DNA of 64,000 bases from Psilocybe cubensis. Taxonomy: Eukaryota. The translations under genes were made by a program, and so were the position numbers. The DNA is taken from NCBI GenBank assembly GCA_017499595.2, contig CM039002.1, positions 1,984,001 through 2,048,000 on the forward strand, given 5' to 3'. Below are positions 1 through 13,510 of the stretch, piece after piece. The notes under the pieces are model-generated. The model searched no databases. It had not been told where the DNA came from and worked only from the letters and a program-made list of their open reading frames with translations. How positions within the stretch are numbered: the stretch's first letter is position 1; each line of letters begins with the position of its first letter.

Positions 1-263
1 AAATGAAGCCTTTTGGTCGCAGCTTCAGGCTGCTTGGTACCGATGTCAAATTATACCCGTCAATTCGTGAGATAAGGCGAGAAATGCTTAGAGCAAGAAA
101 GGCGAAAGAACTTGTTATTTTGCAAAAAGAAAAATAGTACAGATATTGCAGCAATGTTACAGAACCTTTGTTATTTGCGTATGTGGCTTTCGAGTCTAAA
201 TCAAAACATGATCAGAAAAGCATCGGAGAGTGGATGCAATTTTAATCCATTAGGATTGACGCT

Positions 264-1691
264 TTACGAAGCAGGCTGGTCAGGTTCGGAGACAGCAGCA
301 TCAGACTTCTTTTCCACTTCTATAGTGTCGTCGGCCGGAGAATCAGTTTTCTTTTCTGCACTGTCTTCTGCCGGCGTATCACCAATGGGGAAGTATTCAG
401 GAATAAGAGTCCTAAATTAAAAGAGAGGCCAATATCAAGGTTACATCCCGCAACAATCGAGAAAGTAGAAGTCAAGCACGTACTCGTAAACACCCAGATC
501 CTTGTCACTCCAAACTACGAAAATAACTCTGTCCAGCTACAGGTCCGGTAAGATATATGTTACAGCTAAAATTAATACAAAATATGCCTACCTTGTTGCC
601 GACTTCAGTATCTAAGAATGCTCTGACGGTGTTCAGAGCAATACGTGTGGCATCAACGATGGGGTAGGAATAGATTCCCGTAGAAACCGAAGGAAATGCC
701 TTGCAACAAGCCATTAACACACCAATGTCATGCTGCAACACTCAGAAACGGCGAACCACTCACAATGTGCTTCAGTCCATTCTCCACGGCCAGTTGCAGA
801 CTTGTTTTGTAGCATGATTCAAGCTGCTCGGCCCTCTCCTCAACAAATTTGCTCGAATACACGGGTCCAACTGTGTGGATGATGTGTCGTCTGTTGAAAG
901 AACAGCCATCAGCAACGTCGTTCTATACCCGAGAAGCAACGAGCAAACTGACGCGGGCAGGTTGTATCCTCGCGTGATCTTGGACTCTCCAGTCGCGCAT
1001 CCATTCAATCCACGACCTAGAATTACGAAAATCACGAGTAAAGTCAGTGAGATTGCGAATGCGAGATAAAAAACAAACACCAGTCAGATAACTCACATTC
1101 CTCCAGAAGCTTCGGCCCAGCTGCAGAGTGGATCGCGCCGTCGACTATGATAGCACCGAACACCCATGAGCACCCCGATCGCGCAGATAATCACAGGGCA
1201 GAAATGTACAGTACCTCCCCCTCCCCCTGTGTTCTCGACGCGTCAGTAGATCCCCAACCAACCAGCAGTCCACAGCCGCAAGAAAGCAACGCACCTAGCA
1301 AACTGCGGTTGGCAGCATTGACAATCGCGTCGATCTTGAGCGTGGTGATATCGCCCTGACTATGTAGACAGACACGCAAAAAAGTCAGCGAGTGGACGCG
1401 TTTCGGCGAGCTTGCAAGTCGACAAATGATGCCGATCCGATGGCAAGGTCGATCACAGCAGCTCGGTCATACGCACAAGAGGGCCACACGGTCGAGGAGA
1501 TCAGGTCGCACTGGGTGCCGGAGCTTATCAGCTGCCAGCTTCTTGAGCACGGCTGTCTTGTACAGGTGCGCGACTGTGTTGATGTCGCTGAGACGCACCA
1601 TGTCGTCGTCGATGTCAGAGTCTACAGAGGATATGCTAGCTGGCGAGGGCGGCGAGACCGGATCGGCGGGTGGAATGTCATCGAGAGACAT
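264..1691 (-). CDS. Macro-domain protein (MacroD-type ADP-ribosylhydrolase / O-acetyl-ADP-ribose deacetylase), multi-exon
   Basis: Spliced minus-strand exons give [63 protein letters not shown]. ATG at 1691; stop after DQPAS at 264. Confidence 0.9.
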
Positions 1692-2242
1692 GGTGGTTGG
1701 AGTTTCAAGAAAGACAAGTGGCACAATCAGACCGCATGCATACCAAAAAGGAATGACTATTGCTAAATGCTATGTAGGAGTACATTGTAGGATGCATGCT
1801 GCTATGGCGAATAACACCAATACGGTGTCGATGAAAGGCGCCAGCGCACTGAGAATAAGTAGAAATCATGCGAAAAGCGTGTACCCGAATACTAGTTATC
1901 CAATCCAATGCGAAAAGAAAAGAGTATCATGATGAAGAGTGCTTATCCGGGAGAACTACGTAAAAAAAGGGAGACATAGACAAGAAGGAATGCGGGTGTA
2001 TATCTAGCAGAGATATGATTAATGGTATCCTGTGTTCCTCACACGGAGCTTGTTGGGTTTAAGTAAAGTCCAGAAATCGCGGTTCGCGTGATAGCAATTA
2101 GCGCGGTATAAAAATAGGAAGGGGCAGGCGGGGGTAAAGTGGGAAGAAAAAACAACTTGATAGATCATAACGGCCATTTTGCACCACTCATGGAAAAGAG
2201 TTCTGAGCGCGCAAATCCAAAACACGTGTGGTTTCGTAGAAA

Positions 2243-3994
2243 TCATGAATGGCCATGGCCATATGCGCCATTTGGCAATGGAGGATGGTGGTGCCGATCA
2301 TCGCTTTCCAACATTGGCGATCCGGCCTGTGACCGTTCGACGACAGTCGCTGTAGGCACGATAGTCTGTACAGTGCCTGTCACCGAGTGGGCGAGCATCG
2401 TCCGGTCAGTGTTGTCCATATCGGCACCAAGTGCGACAATGGGCTGATTGTGAGGATAGTACGACATCCGTTTCATGCTCGTAAAGTTGTAGACGGTAAA
2501 TCTAAAAGTGTATACGGAGATAAAAATAAAGTGATAATGGTTTGTAAGTGAAATGTCAATCAGAAGGACAAGGGTAGAATGCGTACTGTTCTTCAAGCTG
2601 CCTCAGCTCCGGTTTCATTTTCTCGAGGTCTGGATTAGCCTTTCGTTTAGAATGCGTCAGTGGTTTCTCGACCATCAAGAATTCGTCGAGTTCGTGCGAG
2701 ACATCAAAATTGGCTTGCTTCATCTGCAAAGAGACGTTGGACGTCAAGACACGGTGGAAACCAGGATACCAACAAAGATGGAAGACTCACATCAGGGACA
2801 AAAACAGGTTGACATTCCTTGCTTTCCAGATTATCCCAGTCAATGCCAGCAAACCAAGGATGTCGTCGAATGTCTTCAATACCCTGACCATCTGGACGAC
2901 AACCTAGACGTGTCGTGGGATCACGGTCAATAAACTAGACACAGGTCAGATGGGTATCGGAAACGATGCAAAAACAGTACGTACACCTTTGAGAGCGGCG
3001 ATGCCGTCTTCACTACATCGCTGGGCTGCATTTTCAGGGAATCGTAAAGGATCTTTGAGGATTGAATGGGTCATCTTTTCCGTACTCCGGCCATCGAAGG
3101 GTCGTTTGTGGAAGATTAACTCGTAAGCGGTGACACCGAGACTCCACCAGTCGATGTGCCAAGTATAACCCTTTTTGCTGACAACCTGAGGAGCCATGTA
3201 CGCCATGCTCCCTGCTACACTTGTGTGGAGGCGTCGTTCGGAATAATGAATAGCCACATTAAAATCTGTGATGTGGGCGTGGCCCATTGCATCCAAAAGA
3301 ATGTTGTCGGGTTTCAAATCCCTGTGGAAACTGTGTGAGAACGAGCGAACAAAAGAGGCGCTGTGGGCTAGGGACTGGGACTGACCGATGAATTATGCGT
3401 TGGCGGTGGAGGTATTCCAAAGCACATGATAGTTCCGCGACCCAAAAACGTACGACGGATTCTTGAATATAGCCTTTACGCTCCAAGTGGACTAAGAAGA
3501 CGAAGTAGAAGAGAAGATAAATCACATAAACGCATGCTAGAATTTTGCTTGACGTACATCGTAAATCGCCACCAAGCATCAAGTCCAAGACGAAGAAGCA
3601 GTTCTCGTCGTCTTGGAAGGCATAACGCAGATTGACAATAAAAGGATGATCAATCTATGTGGCACGGCGAAAGATGAGCCAGGAAGTCCGAGGAAGGGGC
3701 ACATTTGTGAACCCGACTATACCTCTTCTAGCAGTCTGCGCTCCTGGATAATGTTGGCGACGGCCTTTTGCCTCAGGCAACGGGCCTTGTCGATATACTT
3801 GAGGGCATAGAGTTTTTTGGAGCGCTTATGCTCGACGACCCGCACCTGGGGCCAATCAGGGGAATGAAAGATGACGAGAGCGAAGAGATAAGTACCTTGC
3901 CAAACGCACCCTTGCCAACGGCACGGTGAAGATCGAAGTGATAGAGATTGACCTCACCGTCGAAATCGACGGGCTCAGAGAAGCAGCATCCCAT
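2243..3994 (-). CDS. AGC-group Ser/Thr kinase, YANK/STK32-like, multi-exon
   Basis: MGCC N-terminus; VGKGAFGKV; LDLMLGGDLR; IIHR-DLKPDNILLD; ITDFN; SVAGSMAYMAPQV; IDWWSLGV; NFDVSHELDEFL C-tail. Confidence 0.9.
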
Positions 3995-4237
3995 ATCGCA
4001 TGCCGTGGAGGAGGAGAAAAAGGAAAGGCAGGAAGATGGATGAGGGTTAAGAGACGGGGAAAAACAAGAATAGTCGTATTAGGACGGGAGACGGTGTGCT
4101 ATTTTCATCGCGCAAGGCAACTTCCGAGAGAGGATGTTCTTGATCCATATCGGGCAGGAGTGGAACAATAAAGATGTGCTTATTATAGCCTGGCCTGCTG
4201 CCCTCTTGTTACTCTTCTGGCACAACTGCCGTTGGCA

Positions 4238-7200
4238 ATGGACCCAGAGACGCTGTCCATTCGCCCTCCTACCACCGACCTTGCCTCTGTCAGAGTATTC
4301 CCCCTCATACCAGCTCTCAGGCGCGACATAACGGTGTGTATTTCTCATCGAATTTACATCGAGTCGCCTGACCACCGACCCCTCGCAACAGGAAACAATT
4401 GGTACAGTGCACATGCACCCTCCAGCACACCATCGCTGACCTCGCCACAGACAGCGCGCTCAGCTGGGAGTGAGTATTCTCCATCTCGCCAAGCACCACA
4501 GGCTTATCAGCACCAGCCAATTGACCGCCGCAGACATCAACTTCTCCATAGTCCGTCCCCTCGTCAACAAATATGCCCGTCTCCGCAACATGGCCGTCGT
4601 CTACGCGACTCTCGTCGTCCGTTCTTATTTCCTTTCCGCCTCCGAGTCTGACTTGGCGTTCTCGGGCGTCATGATCGCTCGTGCCAATCTCGCCGAGATC
4701 ATGGCAATGAAGCTCCTCAGCCGGTTCGCACATGACTACATCCAGCTCGTCGCCGTCCTAACTACAACATGGAACCCACTCGTCGGCGCGTCGCGTTCTG
4801 TCGTAGAAGGCGTCAAGTTGGCTCTGCATGCACACGACGACGATGTCGACTCTGCACAGAGTGCCATTGAGGTGCTGGCCCGTTGCAGCCTTCCCTTTTC
4901 TTGTGATCTAATGCTGACCCGAACCGTACCTGCAGATGGCCATATCAACCAGTGCCAAAAACTTTCTTGCATCTCCCGTGACACAACAAGTCGTAAACGA
5001 CATCTACTCCGGCCGAGTCGTGTTCTCCGTAACAGCCCACCGCTCCATTCTCGCTGACAACTACAAGCCACGAGCCATCGAAATATACAACCCGCACAAC
5101 GCGCCTTTCATTAACCACTATCGGTGTGTCTCATCAACATCATCCCCGTGTTGAATCTAATCCCCAAAATCGCGATGGCTAAAAATAGCCTTCGCGTGCC
5201 CAAGTATCGCACCTACCTCGACTTTTTCAATTTCACGTTGTTGCTCCTGATATTCGTACTTTGCCTTGCGAGTGCGTGTTCTTCTCGGAATCTATCTCCT
5301 AGATGGCTGAACAAGTTTAGATCATGACAGGACCAAGCTGAATTTCTGGGAGGTAGCATTCATCATCATGGGGAGTGCATTCGCATTGGAGGAATACACC
5401 GCTTCCACCGAACACGGCTGGATCAGTAAGTTTTCTATTATACCAGTACCAGTACGTATCTCCTCTGACAACAATCTCTCCAAGTTTACATCGCTAGTGT
5501 GAGTTAGACGTCATTCCGATATAGAACCCGACCTTGACACGGTATATTGAATTGAACCGTAGATGTGGAACGTCTTTGACTTTTCCTTCATCCTTGTGTT
5601 TCTTGCCTACATCGGTATGAGGATCCACGGGCTTCGGACCGGCGACTGTAAACCTCTCTTTTACCTCGTCCACTCAATCCTTCCCAATGTTAACTGTATG
5701 TAAAAACAGCGGCCTTGTGCGATATGGCATTCGATGTTCTCGCGTGCGGCGCGTGTGTCCTGTTCCCCAGGTACTCGTCTCGTCTCTCATAGCAATACAT
5801 ACACAGAACCTCACAGAGCTCACAACAAAACGCCCTTGTTCCAGATTAGCTTTTCTCGCGGTTTCGAACCAAATGATTATACTGTACATACCAAAATTTC
5901 TCACCAGTCCGAAAATATGACCTTTACAAACATACTTACCAGATCGCTACGCGCTATGATCGCCCAATTTGTATTTTTCATCTCTATCGCTGCTATCTGT
6001 TTTTCTGGGCTGCTATTCACACTCTGGACTCTCGGTGCGTTTCGTCTTCTCTCCACCCTCTCCTTTGTTTTCCTTTGCTAACGACATCCCATCAACCACA
6101 GCAAACGACAACCCCACCGGCGCAACGCAATGGACATTCAAATCAATAGCCTGGCTAATGGTCCAGATCTGGTTCGGAAACACCTACCTAAGCTTCGCAG
6201 AAGCAGCGAGCTTTCACCGCGTATTCGGTCCGATTCTGATGACGATGTTCGCAGCGCTGGCGAATACGCTTTTGCTAACGAGTACGTACTTTATTTATTT
6301 TTTATTTTTATTTTTATTTTTTTCCCTTTTTGTTCGGGATTAAAGGGAGCCGCTGAATTGAGATGAAATGTAGTTTTGATTTCTATACTTTCAAATACTG
6401 TTGCGAGGATTGATGCAGTAAGCCTTTTCGGGTCTTCTTCCTCGTTGAAGTGTTCTTGACTTGATTATGCGGTTGTAGAATGCAACGCAAGAGGTCAGAC
6501 CGTATCCATCTCCACCACGCATCTTTCTCATTCCTCACATACCTGATACCTGATACATCCAGTACCTCTTCCAATACACAATAACAACCATCGAAGGGTA
6601 CGTCCTACCATCCCCCAAAAAACACACAACCCGTCCAAATCCCTAACGTCTAACATTTAACCTTTAACATCCACCCGCACACACACAGCGTCAAATCCGA
6701 CGCGCTCTTCTCCTACCAACCGCCCTTCAACATCCTCGCCTTCCTAATCCTCAAACCACTCTCATACACACTCACCCCGCGCGCTCTCCACTCAACCAAC
6801 GTATTCCTCATCAAGCTCACCTCGCTCCCGCATCTCTTCCTCATCGGCGCGTACGAGCGGTATCTCGTTAGTGCTAGTGCCAGTGTCGACGGCGGTGGCA
6901 GAGGAGGAGGAGGGGGTAAAAGAGCGGTAGGGACGCTGTTCCATCGCTTACCGAGGCAGATCAAGTATATGCCGTTCGTGGAGGCGCTCGTGGGATCGTC
7001 TGCGGGGGAGCTGTATGATGCGATTTTCGAGCTGTGCGAGGATGGGGAGGGGGAGTATAGTATTTTTGGAGAAGACGCGGAGGATGGGGAGGGTGGGGGT
7101 GGGGGGAGGCCTGCGCTGCGCTCGGTTGATTCGCGGGAGACCGTGGCGGATGCTCATGTGGGGAGGAAAAAGGCGGGTGCGCGGCGGAGTAGGAGCAGAT

Positions 7201-8207
7201 CGATGAATCCTAAATCCCGCGTGCGCGGGCCTGCGGGCTTCGATCAGCAGCAGCAGCAGCCGTTAGTGAACATCGTCAGTGCAGACTCGGAGGCTCCGTC
7301 TATCTCACCTGTACTAGCCACCACCACCACCACCGCTACCACGAGACCGCACCCAAGACAACGCGCGACGAGCGCCATGTCGCCTTCTACACCCGTCCAC
7401 CACAGCGACTATCCACATGTAAGCGCCAGCGGGAGCGGGACCGCACTCGCCTCTACAGCGTCAGCAGGAGGAGGAGGAGTAGGAGCAGCACCGGCAGCAG
7501 GAGCAGCAGGAGCAGGAGGAGCAGGAGTAACAACCCTCTCACCCCCCGACTCGCCAAGTGTAGTTCTCACGACGGAGCGCAGCCCGCTGATGCGTCTTTT
7601 TGGCTCGCGGTTTCCTTCTTTGACTTCATCCACCTCGTCCGCGTCCGCGGCGCAGTTGCACGGGGGCGGGGTGTTCCCGCCGTCTGCATCGAACGAGTCG
7701 GCGCTTAATGTTAGCACTGGCGCCGGTGGTGGTGCTGGGCTGTCGGTGCAGACACAAAACCTCAATCCCAATCTCGCTGCACACTCACACTCACACTCAC
7801 ACGCGCAAGCACAAGCAGCACAAGCAGTCCAAGCACAAGCAGCACAAGTAACACAAGCAGTCCAAGCAGCGCAAAGCACCGAAGCGAGCGTGAAGCACAT
7901 CGAGGCGCTCCTGGAGACAGTTGGGAAGTTGCCGGTGTATAAGTTGAAGGAGGAGATGAAGGAGTTGCAGGTTAGTCGCTTTCGATCTCTGTCACTCGAT
8001 CACTCTCAGTCTTCTCGTCGCGTCGCGTCTCGATCTCTGTCTTCTCACCTGTCTAAATTTATATGTGCTAATTGACGCGTCTGAATTGAAATTTTGAATG
8101 AACAGGATCGGCAAGCGCGGATTGAGAATTTGCTGCTGATGCTCACGCGGGGTATGCGGAATGAGGCGTCGTTGTCTGCGACGCCTCATAGGCAGAGTAC
8201 GTTGTAA
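4238..8207 (+). CDS. TRP/Yvc1-like cation channel, multi-exon with several microexons and a low-complexity C-terminal tail
   Basis: SAIEMAISTSAKNFLASPVTQQVVNDIYSG; LRVPKYR; several hydrophobic segments; pore-like WLMVQIWFG...FHRVFGPILMTMFAALANTLLLT; VKSDALFSYQPPFNILA; C-terminal coiled EEMKELQDRQARIENLL. Confidence 0.8.
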
Positions 8208-8382
8208 TCATCATTTTTCTGTATTTTTATGATATAAAAATACACATCCGTCTCCTGGTATCTATCGTGTAAGCTAGCAGTAGCACTGTGCGTAGACCAA
8301 GAAAAGAATAATAGGTACCAACCAAGGTACATTAGTGCCAAAAAAAAGCTAGTAGAAAGCATATGCATCAAAGACAAAACTT

Positions 8383-9674
8383 TTATATAGTAGTGTTGTA
8401 CCCCCAAGCGCGCAAGTTGTGCTTGACAAGCTCGGCGACCATAAGCGACGGTCTCGTATGCTGGGGCTGGAACTTGCTCGCTGCAAGCCCACGGACAAGC
8501 CAGGCCTCGACGAGAATATTGCCCCATCCAAGCACCCAAAGCATGGACCACATCCATCCCCAAAACCCACGCACCTTCCTCCCCGTCACACTCTTGAACG
8601 CAAACTCCAACACGGTGCCTACACCCATCATCAAAAAGAAGCCCGCGGCACCATAAAAATCCGTGCCCCGCCCCATCCCCCACAGACCCCAATAGTGCAA
8701 TAGGCCCGAGACGAGGAACGCACCGGCCACGCCGCCCAAGCGGCCGAAGAGGATGTATCCGGGGTACCCGCCGAAGGCGATGAAGTTGTGGCGGAAGAGC
8801 TGGTGCCAGCGGAGGCTCCAGAAGAGGTTGAGGGAGGTGGTGAACCAGGGTGCGTCGAAGAGCGGGGGCCACTGGTCGGGTGACTGGCGGAGGAGGACGA
8901 GGCCGATGAGTGTGGCGGTGTAGTAGAGCAGCTGGATGGCGTGGTAGACTGCCAGACCGGCGAGGAAGCAGATGAAGGACGAGCGGAGGTAGCGGAGGGG
9001 CGCGGGGAGCGCGGGGTCGAAGATGGACGCGCCGAGGGGGTTGGAGAGGTCGCCGAAGGATTGCACGGAAAAGAGGAGAAAGTCGAAGAGGTGGTAGTGG
9101 AAGAGGAGGGAGAGGAGGGAGGAGAGGATGAAGGAGGGCGGGTGGGCGGTGTTGCGGCTGTCTTTGGTGACTTTGAGCCCTGTGGACCAGGACCAGCCGA
9201 TGCCGCGCAGGCTGAAGAAGAGGTCGAAAGAGTCGAGGATGAGGCCGTTGGATTTAGCGCGCTTGTACGGCTCGAGCTGGAAGGTCCATATCGTCGCGCG
9301 TATGCCCAGCGTGATCATGGCCAGCTTGATTAACAGTCAGGGGGAGGAGTGGGCAGAGGAGATGGGATACGCACAAGGAGGCCTTGGTTCATGTACACCA
9401 GGCTGGGTTCCTCTGCATAGCCCTTTGCTAGATCTATCTGGGTGGATGCTTTGAATGTTGTATAGAGGGTTATGGGCAGCAGAGCGAGGCGGATGGGATA
9501 TGTCCGGGGGATGAGCACGAGCAGGCCGGTGAGATAGTAGAACAAGATGGGCGGCAAAATGTCTTGTGTGAATGTGTGCACTGTCAGCGGCTGGCGGCTA
9601 GCTGGGTCGGGTATCCTGCAAAGACAGTCAGCGAGGGAGACAGAAAAGAGAAAATCAACCAACCAGGCAGACAT
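8383..9674 (-). CDS. Membrane-bound O-acyltransferase (wax synthase / MBOAT_2 family)
   Basis: LRGIGWSW; WPPLFDAPWFTTSLNLFWSLRWHQLFR; AFLVSGLLH (catalytic His). Start is 9674 or 9689. Confidence 0.88.
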
Positions 9675-9787
9675 GGAGGAGAGAGCCATTGCAGCGCAGT
9701 CATTGTCGATTCTTTGGGGGCGCTGGCTAAATATAAAGCGCGATCCCCTTCCGGCTAATCAAGCGCCGTGCTTCTCCTTCATCTAGT

Positions 9788-10923
9788 ATGGCCATATACA
9801 GAGACCCAAGCATCCGGCCAAGTCTAGAGCCACACAGATATCACATCCAAGACCACGAGCGCCAATTCTTTCTCCTCCTCACCGGCATCAAAGATGACCA
9901 GCAATTAAGGGGCCATATCTTGGCTGTCCAGCAAAAAGCCTATCAGGTTCACACTATTCTTTTCCAATTCACATCAGCTCACCCTCTTCAAGATCCACAG
10001 CTACGCCTGCATCCGTCGTTTTTCTTTCATCAAGTATACCCTTTCCCAATCCAATATTCCATTGCTCATTCTACCAGACTCAAGATTGCCCAAATTCCGG
10101 GATACTACAACGCACTCAAGCTACTCGACAAACGCACAGATCCCATCCTCCTCGATCTAGGCTGCTGCTGTACGTCATCTCTCCTCCCTCAAACACACTC
10201 TCACCTATTTTTCAGTTGGAAATGACATAAGAAAAGCAGTCGTCGACGGCTGGCCCGTCCAAAATGTTATAGCCTCCGACCTCCGCCAAGGTAAGCCAGA
10301 GTCACCCACAAACACACACAACACGCTAACTCACCCCTCCAACAGAATTCTGGGATGCAGGCCACGAGCTCTTCAAATCCACCCCCGAGTCCTTCCCAGC
10401 AGCTTTCATCGCAGGCGACATCTTTGACCCCTCCATGCTCGACATCGACATCGACATAGCACCAACCCCCACAGACAACGATATCCGCCCACTCACCTCC
10501 CTCACCACCCTAACCCCTCTAAAGCACCGCGTATCCGCAATCCACGCCTCCTCCTTCTTCCACCTCTTCAACGAGGACCAACAGCGCTTGCTCGCACTGC
10601 GCCTCGCAGCGCTCCTCCTCCCAGAGCGCGGGAGCATCATCTTCGGCCAGCACGGCGCGCGCCCGGAGAAGGGGTTCCGTATCGAGGTTGCGGCCAACTC
10701 TTCCGCAGACGCAGAACCCAACCCCACCAAACACGCAATGTTCTGCCACTCCCCCGCAAGCTGGAAACACCTCTGGGAACAAGACATATTCGGGCCCCAT
10801 CAACCCACCCGCGTCAGAGTCGACGCCGAACTCCAGGAAACGACGAATGAACGCTGGGATTTCGAGGATTTGGGCACGAACTTGAAGGTTTACGTTATGA
10901 ATTGGTCTGTTGAGGTTATTTGA
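9788..10923 (+). CDS. Class I SAM-dependent methyltransferase (AusD/AdrK-like fungal family), multi-exon
   Basis: ILLDLGCC.GNDIRKAVVDGWPVQNVIASDLRQ; EFWDAGHELFKSTPESFPAAFIAGDIFD; IHASSFFHLF. Confidence 0.85.
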
Positions 10924-11532
10924 TTTGCATTTTGGATTTTGGGATCGTCGGCGTTGGTAATTTGAGGTAATTTTTGCAAGAGGCGGGCGGAGGCATGTGA
11001 ATTATTGATATCGATATACCTTCCGATCCGGAGTTTGGGTTTGAATTTTGTCATCACCTTTCAATCCCGGTTTTGTTTCGTTTTTCGTTTTCCGTTTTTC
11101 GTTTTCCGTTTTTCGTTTTTTCGTTTTTCCCTCATCGTTTCCCTCAGCCTTTTCCTCATCCTTTTCCTCACATTCGCGTTGTATTACTTAGTTGTAGTTG
11201 TACCATCAGTTATCGGAGGATACAGCGATCATTCCAACCAGACGAACATTCAAGTTATCTCAAGTTATGATCGTTCAAGTAAAAGTAAAAGTATCAAGTT
11301 CAAGTAAAAGCACAAGTACCAAGTACACCACAATTTCTTTTCTTCAAAATGTCGTAGACTCGTAGACTCGTAGGCCGTACAGTGACCGGTACCGGTGATT
11401 TTGAGTTCTCGCGATTCGCACTGGCAATGGCAATGGGATACAACCTTGACCCTCTTTTTTTTTAAAAAAAAAATTTTTTTAACCGTGTTTGTCCATCCTG
11501 TATTCGCTGACATTTAATCGCTTCTTTTTCAC

Positions 11533-11726
11533 TATGGGGGACCGCATTGGACAATATTAAATAATAGGTGTGATTTAAAAATATCAGGCAGAGCTAGGAA
11601 AACCTGAGTCATCAGCAAAAAATCTACCCGTCTACAAAAATACTGCCATCATTTCAAAAGTACTAAAAAGGAAAATTCTGTGGAATGGCCAAAAAGTCTA
11701 GTTTGTAACAAAAAAGTCGCCTCTGC
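11533..11726 (+). repeat. Left TIR of outer element
   Basis: Reverse complement aligns to 28572-28772 with scattered transitions and one small indel. Confidence 0.9.
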
Positions 11727-13094
11727 TGATAATGCATAAGTTCTTCTAAATTGTATTTGGAGGCTAGTTGAGTTCTTGGCCTTGGTAGCCATCTTTGCCA
11801 ATTTTTATTACTGTGCAGTAAATCTACAAAACCCAATGTTTTAGGTAGATCTAAATTTAATCAAATCATTTGGTTAAAATTTGGGAGACCCAAAAACATT
11901 TGGATAACATTTAAGTTGCATTTGAGAGCCCCCAAAACATTTAGGGTTCACCCAATGTTGACACAATGATATGTTTTGCATATTTCTACTCCTGGCAGCC
12001 ACTTCATGTATTCACACAACAGGATGTAACAATTCATTGAAAAATTTTATTGAAAAAGATTCAAAACAACAGAGGCTACTACGGTTGGCGAGACAGCTCA
12101 GGTCTATTTCAGCTTCGATTTGCAGATTTTAAGGGTTACATCTGGGGTCTCTGGCACCGCTGGATAATACCAAACACTTCTATATCGCTGTCTGTGACAG
12201 AGTCAACGGCTTGTATTATCGAATGCCGTCCGACCTCGGACAACATACAGGGGGTTGCTCTAGGTATGAGGAGGTTTTTAAGTTGTCAAAAACATACATG
12301 ATGTACAAACAGATACAATTGCAAGTAAATCAACGTAGTACTAGTATGTGCTCGATGAAAATAATACTACTTTACATCTACAAGTTCGTCAGTAGCCTGG
12401 TGTTATGGTAGAGGACAGCTCCGGAGGCCGTAGGGTTGGGGGTAAATAACCGGTCATGTGAATAATGACGCAAAGCCGGGGACTACAGCCAGTGGCAGGC
12501 TGATGGTGTGCGTCATCACTTTTGGAGAGCACAAGCGGTGTTTGCAAAAGTGAATAAGTCTTTTGTTCGCCCGGCCATGTAACGAATAGGTGAGTAGATT
12601 ATTCTCAAAATAGTGTCGAGGTTTACTAGAGCCTATTTTTTCCATCTAAGATGCGCTGTTGTGCCAACCAAATTTCCTTGCTCTCATGGAAATTTGAATC
12701 ATGTCACCGCCGTTGGGTTGGTGCGAGGCTTTCAAATTTCATGCATGAATCCCAGGCTGGGAGGTATGAGACCCTCTACTGCTTTTTTCCGCCTCTCATA
12801 CCTGCTACCTTGCCAGCCAAAACCCTACATGTACAGCTTGTTGTGTATGTTACCCAATACTTGAAACCGCCCATAGCTGCTAGGATAATGTCGGAAGAGT
12901 GATTTTGCTGCGGAGAATATTGGTTGGAATCAAGGTCTGTCACTATTTACTTTTCACATCCTCTCCCTTCTTCTCGAAAATGGCTACCCAGGAATCCTCA
13001 TGCCTGGGCATATACTGGGCAGCCAGCATTTTCTTACTCATTCACTTCACCCTCGTGTTTGTCATGGCTGATTCTACTTCTCACTGCTGCCAAT

Positions 13095-13510
13095 AACTGC
13101 CGCCGCCATCGCCGCTCGTCATCACTACCACTGCTTGTCATCATCACCACCACTTACCACTGCTTGTCATTGCCATCGCCGCTTGCTGTCACCACCCACT
13201 ATTGCTATTACACTTGTAATAACTGCTCGTCATAGCCGCACCCCATCACATTCACCACTGTTTTCCACCGTTATTCCTCATAATTGCTCATTGTTTTGCT
13301 CCTGCTTATTGTTCCGTCCCTGTTTGTCATTTTGCTACTGTTCATTGTTCCACCACTGCATATTATTACCACCACCGCTACTTGTCACGACTACCCACCG
13401 CGGTCCGCTTGTCATTCTCGCCGTCACTCAATGTCGCCAACTCTTATTGTTGTGCACCACTGCTCGTTGTGCACTACTTCTTGTTTTGTCATCACCCCTT
13501 GTTGTCACCG
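13095..13510. repeat. Degenerate low-complexity repeat (CAC/CAT/GCC/GTC-rich)
   Basis: Recurrent caccac/ctgcttgtcat-like units; produces spurious ORFs in all frames. Confidence 0.55.

Noticed and set aside
11530-11545. CACTA start suggesting a CACTA/EnSpm element
   Set aside because: The right end reads TACTA or TAT, no EnSpm-type transposase is present, and no TSD fits a CACTA boundary.
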